Source: Synechocystis sp. PCC 6803 substr. PCC-P (GTDB lineage: Bacteria > Cyanobacteriota > Cyanobacteriia > Cyanobacteriales > Microcystaceae). Taken from it: a DNA stretch of 32,000 nucleotides. Under the pieces are notes generated by a model. The model was not told the origin of the DNA. It was given only the letters and a program-made list of their open reading frames with translations, and did not search any database. The DNA is taken from contig NC_017039.1 in NCBI RefSeq assembly GCF_000284455.1, positions 1,800,001 through 1,832,000 of the forward strand. The letters run 5' to 3'. The position numbers and the translations under genes are program-made. Positions 1 through 7,949 of this stretch are shown piece by piece; the first letter of the stretch is position 1, and every line of letters begins with the position of its first letter.

Positions 1-2
1 TA

Positions 3-872
3 GCAGATAAAATCAACTCAGTTTCATCGCCTCAAGTGCCTCCCTTAAATTTGACCTATACCACTGACCAAGATCAGTACGAAACCATGGTCAATCAAGC
101 GAAACAATATATTAAAGCCGGAGATATTTTTCAAGCTAATTTAACACTACGTTTCATTGCTAAAACTGAGCAAAAGCTTAACAGTTGGCAGGTCTATCAA
201 CATCTACAAACTATCAATCCTTCTCCTTTCGCTAGTTACTGGCGATCGCCGTGGGGAGATGTGGTTAGTTGTTCTCCGGAAAGATTAGTTAAGTTAGAAG
301 GCAATGTGGCCCAAACTAGACCCATTGCTGGCACTAGGGCAAGGGGCAAAAATCTGGCGGAGGATGAACAATTATTGCAGGAGTTGCTGGTTAACACCAA
401 AGAGTTGGCAGAACATATCATGTTGGTGGATTTAGAACGCAATGACCTCGGCCGGGTCTGTACCTGGGGAACGGTGGAAGTAGATGAATTATTGGCGATC
501 GAGCGCTATAGCCATGTGTCCCATTTAGTTAGTAATGTAAAAGGCATTTTACAACCAGATAAAACCGGAGTAGATTTGGTCAAAGCTTTGTTTCCCGGTG
601 GCACCATTACCGGCTGTCCCAAAATACGTTGTTTAGAAATTATTGAAGAATTAGAACCAGTGCGGCGGAGTTTGTTTTACGGTTCCTGTGGCTACTGGGA
701 TCAACGGGGGAACTTAGATTTAAATATTCTCATTCGCACCCTGTTATTCACCTCTGGACAAGTGACAGGACAAGTGGGAGCCGGCATTGTGGCAGACAGT
801 GATCCCGCCAAGGAATGGTTAGAATCATTGCAAAAAGCCAAAGCTTTATTGGCGGCATTGGAGGGACTATAA
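3..872 (+). CDS. Chorismate-utilising enzyme of the anthranilate / aminodeoxychorismate synthase component I family, C-terminal part (5' end lies upstream of the window)
   Basis: The frame is open from nt 3, so the GTG at 36 in the ORF track is probably internal. Chorismate-binding-domain motifs are present: RPIAGTRARG, MLVDLERNDLGRV, PGGTITGCPKIRCLEII, GAGIVADSDP. Stop TAA at 870-872. I cannot separate TrpE from PabB by eye. Confidence 0.8.
   Translation, partial: ADKINSVSSPQVPPLNLTYTTDQDQYETMVNQAKQYIKAGDIFQANLTLRFIAKTEQKLNSWQVYQHLQTINPSPFASYWRSPWGDVVSCSPERLVKLEGNVAQTRPIAGTRARGKNLAEDEQLLQELLVNTKELAEHIMLVDLERNDLGRVCTWGTVEVDELLAIERYSHVSHLVSNVKGILQPDKTGVDLVKALFPGGTITGCPKIRCLEIIEELEPVRRSLFYGSCGYWDQRGNLDLNILIRTLLFTSGQVTGQVGAGIVADSDPAKEWLESLQKAKALLAALEGL
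242..249. repeat. HIP1 (highly iterated palindrome GCGATCGC); first of at least 21 copies
   Basis: Exact GCGATCGC found by eye, starting at 242, 2257, 3683, 4381, 6836, 7631, 10443, 11909, 14190, 16058, 16429, 19822, 21572, 22085, 23681, 24102, 24408, 25097, 25704, 26045 and 31913. About 0.5 copies are expected by chance in 32 kb. Many 7/8 variants are also present. Confidence 0.9.
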
Positions 873-877
873 AAAAT

Positions 878-1708
878 ATGGGATTTTTCAAAGGCTTTAC
901 TTATCCACTCCGCACATTCAAAATTCTACGTGAAAGTCCAGGCTTATTAGTTTATATTATTATTCCTTTAATTATTAATATTAGCTTAGGTATTTTACTT
1001 TATTGGCAACTATTAAATCTAGGTAATGATAGCGTCGATATACTGCGTAATTATGCCCACGATTGGATTGAAATTTTAAACCGACGCATTCCCAAAGTAC
1101 TGCCCTACATCTTGCCGGTGCTAAAATTTATCTTTTTTCTTTATATCTGGCTAATACGCTTACTATTGCTAGTTATTGCGGGATTTTTACTTTCCCAGGT
1201 GGGAGGATTATTAGGTTCTCCTTGGTATAGCATCTTGTCAGAAAAGCTGGAAACAAAACTCCTAGGTAAATTAGCCATTCAGGAAGTGGGATTGTTACAG
1301 GACATCAAACGAGCTTTAGCCTTTGAATTGAAAAAAATAGTTTTATTAATTACTTTTACCATCATCGGTTTTGCCACCAACCTTCTGCCTGCATTTGGTA
1401 CTCCCCTAGCTGCAGTAGTGGGCATTAGCTCCACATCTTTATTAACTTGCCTAGATTTTTTTGACCCTCCCCTCGAACGCCGTCGTCTCAAATTTCGTCG
1501 TAAGTTACTATTGATTTTTCAATCTCTCCCCCTGAGCGCTGGCTTTGCCCTAGCAAGTTTAGTTTGGGTCAGCATTCCTCTGGTTAATTTAGTAACTATT
1601 CCTTTTTGTGTGACCGCTGGTACCTTATTTTTCTGCGAAGAAATTTACCCCCGGTTTTTCCAAGTCCAAGAAGAAATGGAGGCGGAGGTAAACAAGGGGG
1701 CGAATTAA
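878..1708 (+). CDS. Polytopic membrane protein, CysZ/EI24-like family
   Basis: ATG at 878 follows the upstream stop (870-872). The track start at 815 would overlap the previous gene by 58 nt. Several hydrophobic helices, and LLGSPWYSILSEKLE resembles the CysZ/EI24 signature (PF..L.E.VE). The sequence is very AT-rich. Confidence 0.55.
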   Translation: MGFFKGFTYPLRTFKILRESPGLLVYIIIPLIINISLGILLYWQLLNLGNDSVDILRNYAHDWIEILNRRIPKVLPYILPVLKFIFFLYIWLIRLLLLVIAGFLLSQVGGLLGSPWYSILSEKLETKLLGKLAIQEVGLLQDIKRALAFELKKIVLLITFTIIGFATNLLPAFGTPLAAVVGISSTSLLTCLDFFDPPLERRRLKFRRKLLLIFQSLPLSAGFALASLVWVSIPLVNLVTIPFCVTAGTLFFCEEIYPRFFQVQEEMEAEVNKGAN

Positions 1709-1769
1709 ATATTTATTTGCTAGTTCTTCTAGCTGATTTGATCATGATTTACCTAAGGAAAAAGAGTCC

Positions 1770-3170
1770 TTAAATTGCCCGAGAAAACATCTGTTGTTTG
1801 GATTTATTTTGTAGGTAAGTATCAAACACAGCGGCAATATTACGAATTAAAATTCGCCCCCGGGGGGTAACTTCCAAGCCATCCCCCAACCGACGGAGTA
1901 AACCATCCGCTTCCAGGACATCCAGGGCCGATAATTCCTTAGCAAAATAGTCGTTAAAATCACAGTCAAAGCCCAAATTATATTTGCTTTCTAATTCCTG
2001 GGCAGAGAGTTTAAATTGACACATTAATTCCTTGATTACAGTGCGACGAATTAAATCATCTTGACTTAGTTTAAACCCTTTTTCTATAGGCATTACTTCT
2101 CGGTCTAGGGCATTATAAAAAGCTTTTAATGTTTTATGATTTTGGGCATATACATCTTGCAACATACTGATGGAAGTGATGCCAAAACCCAATAAATCAG
2201 ACTCCGGTTGGGTAGTGTAACCCTGGAAGTTACGGTGTAATTCTCCCCGCCGTTGGGCGATCGCCAACTCGTCATCGGGTTTGGCAAAATGGTCCATGCC
2301 GATAAATACATAGCCTTGCTCGGTAAGGTCTGCAATGGTAGCTTGCATAATTTTCAACTTTTCCTCCGCTGGAGGAAGGGCTGATTCGGGCATTTTCTTT
2401 TGTACTGGCTTGAGCCAAGGCACATAGGCAAAATTAAACACGGCAATGCGGTCAGGATTAAGCTGAGCTGTTTTGCGTAAGGTTTCCCTGAATGTTGCTA
2501 GGTTTTGATGGGGCAAGCCATAAATTAAATCCACATTAACGCTGTCAAAATTAGCTTGACGAATCCAATCCATTACCTGAAACAACATTGCTTCCGGTTG
2601 AATACGATTAACTGCCTGTTGCACTTGGCTATTAAAGTCTTGGATTCCAAAACTAATGCGATTAAAACCTAGTTGACGTAGGGCAAAAATATAATCCTTA
2701 TCAACATAACATGGGTTAATTTCAATGGAAATTTCAGCATTTTCTGCCAATGGAAAAGCATCAGTAATAGTATTGAATAAAAATTCTGCTTGTTCCAGGG
2801 TTAAATAATTGGGGGTGCCCCCCCCCCAATGGAGTTGTTGCACCGGTCTTTGTTGATCAACTAAAGGAGCCACTAGGGCAATTTGCTTGGCTACTGCCTT
2901 TAGATAGGGGTCCACCGCTGGTTTGTGCTGGGTGATGATGGTATTACAACCGCAAAAATAACAAGCTTTAGCACAGAAAGGAATGTGACAATAAAGGGAC
3001 AAGGGCGTTTTTTTGTAGTTGCCCAGGTTAATAGCTGTCTGAAAATCACTAGGATCAAATTCTTTGTTTAGCTCTGTGGCAGGGGGATAGCTAGTGTAGC
3101 GGGGAATGCCTTGATTGTATTTGTTTAATAACTCAGCGCTAAACTCAACAGTAGGAAATGTGGTGGTCAT
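1770..3170 (-). CDS. hemN: Oxygen-independent coproporphyrinogen III oxidase (radical SAM, HemN)
   Basis: 466 aa. Radical-SAM cluster motif CHIPFCAKACYFCGC (CxxxCxxC), HWGGGTPNYL SAM-binding motif, HemN_C-like tail. It lies downstream of acsF-type cyclase and heme oxygenase genes, as in the Synechocystis low-O2 operon. Confidence 0.9.
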   Translation of the reverse strand: MTTTFPTVEFSAELLNKYNQGIPRYTSYPPATELNKEFDPSDFQTAINLGNYKKTPLSLYCHIPFCAKACYFCGCNTIITQHKPAVDPYLKAVAKQIALVAPLVDQQRPVQQLHWGGGTPNYLTLEQAEFLFNTITDAFPLAENAEISIEINPCYVDKDYIFALRQLGFNRISFGIQDFNSQVQQAVNRIQPEAMLFQVMDWIRQANFDSVNVDLIYGLPHQNLATFRETLRKTAQLNPDRIAVFNFAYVPWLKPVQKKMPESALPPAEEKLKIMQATIADLTEQGYVFIGMDHFAKPDDELAIAQRRGELHRNFQGYTTQPESDLLGFGITSISMLQDVYAQNHKTLKAFYNALDREVMPIEKGFKLSQDDLIRRTVIKELMCQFKLSAQELESKYNLGFDCDFNDYFAKELSALDVLEADGLLRRLGDGLEVTPRGRILIRNIAAVFDTYLQNKSKQQMFSRAI

Positions 3171-3381
3171 AAATTTAGATACTATCAGGATTATTTAAAT
3201 GAATTTTTATCGAAGTATTTAGAGAATTTTACAACTGTTTTCATCGCTGGGAAAATATTTTGCAAATTCTCTTGAATTAACTGAATATTGAGTTGCCAAA
3301 ATCAAGCAATAGTAAAAATATTGACAACTTAACTCACATTTGATTGTTTTTTATCTAGATTGTGTCTACATAAAATTGCAA

Positions 3382-3414
3382 AAGAGAGTATTAAATTGAA
3401 ATAAACACTCTCTT
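3382..3414 (-). terminator. Hairpin just downstream of the heme oxygenase stop; possible partial terminator or attenuator within the operon
   Basis: AAGAGAGT (3382-3389) and ACTCTCTT (3407-3414) form an 8-bp stem with a 17-nt loop. On the minus strand it is followed by UUGCAAUUUU. It begins 17 nt below the stop codon at 3431-3433. Confidence 0.35.
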
Positions 3415-3430
3415 AATTTTCCCGTTTAAC

Positions 3431-4183
3431 CTATTCACCTACCATTAGGGTGATGGGATGACCAGCGGTACTGCGAGCCTCAGTACTGCCTGGACGATCC
3501 TGGCGAGTTAACAAGTCAAATGTGTGCTCACCGATCGCCGCTTTGATCAGGTCTTCGAGGTCATGCATAACTTCCCGATTGAGGGAAAAAGCATAATTGG
3601 CTTCTTCAACAATCCGGTTTATGGTGGCTTCATCTAAGGGCAAGCTGTTCAGCACATCCCGATAAATTTCCTTGAATTGACGGCGATCGCCTGGGGTAGG
3701 CAAACTGTCAAATTCGTACATGGCCGTGCCCTCTCCCTCCGGCAATTGTAAAGCGGAACGAATAATATTTTTCAGGCTTTGACCACCGGATAAGTCCCCT
3801 AGGTAACGGGTGTAACAATGGGCAATGAGTAGTTCCGGTTCACTTGCTGCAATAGTTTTGAGGCGATCGACATAAATTTTTGCACAGGGAGTAGGCTGGA
3901 TTATTTGTTGCCAATTAGGGCCGTAATAGTAGGTCAAATCTTCAGCTAATTTATCAGTGCGATTCAATTCTGGAAAATAAATTGCGCTAATAATTTCATT
4001 GTCCCGATGTTGGCGTAAAGCTGCTTCTAGGGCACTGTAAAGATAATACAAATTAGCTAATAATTGCCGAAATGGTTCCCGCTCTACAATGCCTTTTAAA
4101 AAGCATTTCATGTAGGCAGTGTTTTCTGCCAAAGTGTGGGATTGTTGGGTACCGTAGCGGAGTTTTTGTGCAAGGTTAGTCAT
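3431..4183 (-). CDS. ho2: Heme oxygenase (second, low-oxygen-type paralog by gene context)
   Basis: Heme-oxygenase family sequence: LRYGTQQSHTLAENTAYMKCFLKG, HCYTRYLGDLSGGQ. ATG at 4183 (MTNLAQKL) is preferred over the TTG at 4207 used by the track. It sits 64 nt downstream of the cyclase gene. Confidence 0.88.
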   Translation of the reverse strand: MTNLAQKLRYGTQQSHTLAENTAYMKCFLKGIVEREPFRQLLANLYYLYSALEAALRQHRDNEIISAIYFPELNRTDKLAEDLTYYYGPNWQQIIQPTPCAKIYVDRLKTIAASEPELLIAHCYTRYLGDLSGGQSLKNIIRSALQLPEGEGTAMYEFDSLPTPGDRRQFKEIYRDVLNSLPLDEATINRIVEEANYAFSLNREVMHDLEDLIKAAIGEHTFDLLTRQDRPGSTEARSTAGHPITLMVGE

Positions 4184-4247
4184 GGTTTTACCAAAGGTAA
4201 TTAGCAATAATCAGCAAACAATTGGAGTAAGTTAAAAGTTGAATAAA

Positions 4248-5324
4248 TTAACACACCATCCCCCGACGGGCTTCGGCGTCCACTGGCTTTTGCAGGAATA
4301 TACAGATCATTTGCCAAATAATCACAGCAATCCACGGTGCCTTTTGGCAGAATTTGGCCAATTTCGGGGCTTCGCTGTTGGCGATCGCCGTTAGTTTTTC
4401 GTTAGCGCTGGCACAGGCTTCTAGGCGGGGGAAAAATTTAGGATTATCCGTGTCCAAAACTTCTGGAAAAGCTCTTGCTGCCGTTGCATTGGTATTTGTC
4501 ACCACATCCACGTTATATTGCTTAGCATCTAGCCCCACCGACTGATAAAAATCCGTCCGCTCAAACACGGTTAGAGTATGGGTAACAAACACCGTTAAGA
4601 GGAAAAAGCGGGACCAAAGTCGGGATTGCCAAGTTTTCCACAGGGCTGTTTGGGAACGGAGTAAAGCCTTGAAAAAATCTCCGTGGCGGTTTTCATCCTG
4701 ACACCAACACTCAAAATAGTTAAATAGGGGATAAATATTGTGGTCGGGATTCTTTTCTAAATGGCGAAACATTAAAATATAACGCCAATAACCAATTTTT
4801 TCTGATAAATAAACGGTGTAAATTACCCACTCTGGCGGGAAGAAAGTATAGGTTCTTTTTTGGGTTAAATAACGCAAATCGAGGGAAAGACCAAAATCCG
4901 CCATAGCTTTGTTAATAAAACCGGCATGGCGAGCCTCATCCCTAGCCAAAAGATGAAAAGCCTCTGCTAATTTGGGACTACGATTTTTGAGACGACGGGA
5001 CAACTCTTTAAATAGCAGAAAACCAGAAAATTCCGAGGTGCAGGACCGCTCTAAAAAGTCAATAAAGGCTAAACGGGTGGCCCCATCAATGTGGTCAAAA
5101 CTACGCTTGAAATCATCGTTACGCACAAAATGATAACGATTGTAATCGGCTCGCAATTCCTCCAACGCCGCTTCAATTTCCTCGTCCTGGAGGGTCAACA
5201 CCAGATTGGCAACTTTATCAAAATCGGTGGTGTAAAAACGGGGGGTAAGGAGAGTTTCCTTTACCGGAGCTTTAATGCCGGGGCGAATGGTTTCTAACTG
5301 AGTCGGTAGGGTAGTGGATACCAT
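4248..5324 (-). CDS. chlAII: Mg-protoporphyrin IX monomethyl ester oxidative cyclase, AcsF/ChlA family (low-O2 paralog by context)
   Basis: 358 aa. Di-iron ExxH motifs (DEARHAGF, DENRHGDF) and overall AcsF/CHL27-like sequence. First gene of the cyclase-HO-hemN array. Confidence 0.9.
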   Translation of the reverse strand: MVSTTLPTQLETIRPGIKAPVKETLLTPRFYTTDFDKVANLVLTLQDEEIEAALEELRADYNRYHFVRNDDFKRSFDHIDGATRLAFIDFLERSCTSEFSGFLLFKELSRRLKNRSPKLAEAFHLLARDEARHAGFINKAMADFGLSLDLRYLTQKRTYTFFPPEWVIYTVYLSEKIGYWRYILMFRHLEKNPDHNIYPLFNYFECWCQDENRHGDFFKALLRSQTALWKTWQSRLWSRFFLLTVFVTHTLTVFERTDFYQSVGLDAKQYNVDVVTNTNATAARAFPEVLDTDNPKFFPRLEACASANEKLTAIANSEAPKLAKFCQKAPWIAVIIWQMICIFLQKPVDAEARRGMVC

Positions 5325-5699
5325 CGTTAATTAACAGGAGAATCTTAAAAGGGATAAGGATTATGGCAAAAAGCCTAAAAGAAAATCAGGGTGAAAACCC
5401 AGGGAAAATTTTTGATGTTGCCTTTCATCCTGTCCAATTCCCCGGATCCTGACAAGACAGTTTCCATTGCTACCCCATAGTTTCCAAAGGGGAAAAATTA
5501 TTACCTGGCCTGGGTTTTGATTATTTGTAAAGAAATGCTAATGTCTGCAAGTTGAAGCCTCAGAGCCTATTTTAAGAACCCCCCTGGCCTCCAAATTTGG
5601 TGGAAAGCTAGATAAAATTTCCCCGGTATTCCTAGAGCTTTAGTGGTTCGATTGAGAGGAAAATTGAAACTTTACCAACAGATTCTGAATCGAAGTAAC

Positions 5700-5733
5700 A
5701 AAAAAACTGCCTGTGATTATTCTCACAAGCAGT
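5700..5733 (-). terminator. Rho-independent terminator (minus strand)
   Basis: On the minus-strand RNA, ACUGCUUGUGA-GAAUAA-UCACAGGCAGU is an 11-bp stem (one G.U) followed by U7. On the plus strand the same position is a C-A mismatch and no U-run follows, so the element is strand-specific. It lies about 165 nt downstream of the 121-aa ORF stop. Confidence 0.6.
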
Positions 5734-5898
5734 GGAAGGGAATGGCACCCCCACAAATGGCTAGACCAAAGTTATGACTGATTTAGTTAAGACAGGGTAC
5801 GCTTTATGGACTGAAGTTACTTATCTAAAAGTTTTTATCAACCCCTGTTGCCCCTGATTTAGCCTAATTGAGTATAAAACAGTAAATCAATGAGGTTT

Positions 5899-6264
5899 TT
5901 AGCGTTTAACCTTAACTTGGCGAGCCATTTCCTTGAAACGATTCAAACTAGGGCCAGGGGTACGACGAGCAACATTTTGGGGAATGGGGTCACCACTAGC
6001 AAAGGCCACCTGGCTGGGATCAACTTTGGCCTTGGGAGCCGGGGCCACTGGAGCGGAGGCAGGAGTTTCCACTGGGGCAGCCGCTTTAGTAGCAGACTTT
6101 TTCTTAATGGAAGTTTTTTTCGAAGTGGTCGGAGCCGGTTTTTCCACCGGAGCTACCTCCGATTTTACGATCGCCACGTCGGCCTCTTCCACCTGGGCGG
6201 GGGCTTGGCTTTCATCTAACTGGACGTAAAATTCTTTTTTAGCGCCAAACAATTTTTTTAACAT
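5899..6264 (-). CDS. Hypothetical Lys/Pro/Ala-rich, probably disordered protein (121 aa)
   Basis: ATG at 6264 is preceded by AGGAGAA 10 nt upstream. Low-complexity PA/K-rich middle, with basic N- and C-terminal segments. The two plus-strand ORFs over the same DNA lack a start context. Confidence 0.6.
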   Translation of the reverse strand: MLKKLFGAKKEFYVQLDESQAPAQVEEADVAIVKSEVAPVEKPAPTTSKKTSIKKKSATKAAAPVETPASAPVAPAPKAKVDPSQVAFASGDPIPQNVARRTPGPSLNRFKEMARQVKVKR

Positions 6265-6360
6265 TTTAATGTGGTTCTCCTAATTGGGCGGGATTTTATG
6301 GTGAATTGTGTACAAACTAATTGTGACTGAATTTTAACAAAAATAGGGCGCTGGAATTTC

Positions 6361-7752
6361 CTATGGCCAGTCAGCCCCGATTTGAATGGTAACGTCGGAA
6401 ATCAGATAACCATTGCTATCCACTAAAACTTCCCCCAGACCAATACTATTGCGTACTTGCCTGGCCCCCAAATGATCGCCTTGTTGAGCAATTACCCTGG
6501 TGGTTTGTAAGGGCGGGGAAAAGGCACTGACTACGTTGATGCGGCTATAACCGGCAGTCTCCAACTCTTTGACCAAAGCTTTCACTGCCTGGGGGCGATC
6601 AGTACTATCTTGGATGGCAATGCGGAGACCATAGGGGTCGAGGGCAGTTAAGTCTTCATCCATATCCCACAACCAAGAATTGGTGGCCATGGCCCCAAAA
6701 TATTCCTCGGTCATCGCTTGAATTTTTGGCTGGTGGGGTAGCCAGTAGCTAATACTAGTGCGGCCAGTGCCATTAAAATCCCCCGGCAACATCAACATTT
6801 TGACGTCTTCCCTAGGAATTTGTGCCGAAAAACCGGCGATCGCCACTAACTCCTCCATATTCAAGTTTGTGTCAATGTTGGACTGGAGAATTTTGACGAT
6901 GTCCGGTATCCGTAGAATCGTTTGGGGTTTGAGGGCCTGTTCCACCACCGCCCGCATTACTATTTGCTGTCTTTGAATCCGGCCAATATCCCCCAGAGCA
7001 TCGTAGCGAAACCGCAACATTTGTAGAGCCTTTTCCCCGTCTAGCCGCTGTTGCCCTTCCTTGAGATTAATGTACAAACGCTGGCTATCATCCTGATATT
7101 TCATATCCCGGGGCACATATACATCTACCCCCCCTAAGGCATCAATAAGTTTTTCCACCGCCTGTACATTCACCCGAATATAACGGTCAATGGGCACATC
7201 CCCAAGTAAATCAGTCACCGTCATGGCGGCCAAAGCCGGGCCCCCCAACGCATTGGCCTGGTTAATTTTTCTGGCACCGCTGTAGCCGGGAATTTCCACC
7301 CTAGTGTCCCGGGGAATGGATAGCACCACCAAGGATTTTTCCTTCGGGTCAAGGCGAATCAATACCATCGTATCGGTGAGGCCCTCCACCGAATTGACTA
7401 ACGCATGGTAGCCGGGATTGGGCTGACTGGGGTCCGGTTCTTCGGAGGTTAATACCTTGGTACCCAGCAGCAACACGTTAATGGGGCGGCTGAGTTGGGG
7501 GATATTGAGGTTCTTGTAGGAAACGGCCTTTTCCTGGCCAAATACCGCTGCCTGCTCCGGTGTAAGTTCGCTCTGGCCCAGGGGAGTCGAATACATGGCC
7601 AACAAAGATCCTGCCCCCGCCGACACTAAGGCGATCGCCGTTAGAGCAAAACCCGTTAATAACCACTTACCGCCCTGGAATTTCCCCTTTCGGGGGGATT
7701 TTTTGCCATTATGACTATCCCCACCCCGTTTATTAGAATTTTTAGCCATCAC
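6361..7752 (-). CDS. LytR-CpsA-Psr (LCP) family cell-envelope-related protein with N-terminal membrane anchor
   Basis: 463 aa. Basic N-terminus followed by one TM helix (WLLTGFALTAIALVSAG). LCP core: LTDTMVLIRLDP, LSIPRDT, INQANALGG, RFRYDALGDIGRIQRQQ. The start is either GTG 7752 or the adjacent ATG 7749. Confidence 0.85.
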   Translation of the reverse strand: MMAKNSNKRGGDSHNGKKSPRKGKFQGGKWLLTGFALTAIALVSAGAGSLLAMYSTPLGQSELTPEQAAVFGQEKAVSYKNLNIPQLSRPINVLLLGTKVLTSEEPDPSQPNPGYHALVNSVEGLTDTMVLIRLDPKEKSLVVLSIPRDTRVEIPGYSGARKINQANALGGPALAAMTVTDLLGDVPIDRYIRVNVQAVEKLIDALGGVDVYVPRDMKYQDDSQRLYINLKEGQQRLDGEKALQMLRFRYDALGDIGRIQRQQIVMRAVVEQALKPQTILRIPDIVKILQSNIDTNLNMEELVAIAGFSAQIPREDVKMLMLPGDFNGTGRTSISYWLPHQPKIQAMTEEYFGAMATNSWLWDMDEDLTALDPYGLRIAIQDSTDRPQAVKALVKELETAGYSRINVVSAFSPPLQTTRVIAQQGDHLGARQVRNSIGLGEVLVDSNGYLISDVTIQIGADWP

Positions 7753-7949
7753 CAGTTTGACCCTAAACTAACCATTGATATTTTTCTCCAATTGGTATGA
7801 CGTCCTTTGGTGCTCTAGGCGGGTCCCAAGGTAATAAGGTAATTGGATTGGATACTAGCAAAATCACCGCAGCATTGGCAAGAAAAATTTCTCTTCCCTA
7901 CCGCCATGGCTATGAACAAGCTTTTAAAGTAGTCAAAAAAAGACAAATA

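Noticed and set aside
815-877. N-terminal extension of the CysZ-like ORF overlapping the preceding gene by 58 nt. Similar track extensions occur at 4184-4207, 19026-19076, 22159-22194, 24586-24627 and 30520-30543.
   Set aside because: In each case the extension begins at a non-ATG codon, or adds residues foreign to the family, and a downstream ATG gives the canonical N-terminus.
5363-5452. 29-aa plus-strand ORF (MAKSLKENQGENPGKIFDVAFHPVQFPGS) in the cyclase upstream region, and a 30-aa ORF at 15728-15820
   Set aside because: Neither resembles a known small photosynthetic or ribosomal protein. The RBS is weak or absent, they are not hydrophobic, and ORFs of this size are expected by chance in AT-rich spacers. 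Only ribosome profiling could rescue them.
5890-6229. Two plus-strand ORFs (109 and 98 aa) overlapping the 121-aa minus-strand ORF
   Set aside because: They are Gly/Ser/Arg-rich mirror translations of a Pro/Ala/Lys-rich gene. Only the minus-strand frame has an AGGAG-type RBS plus an ATG.
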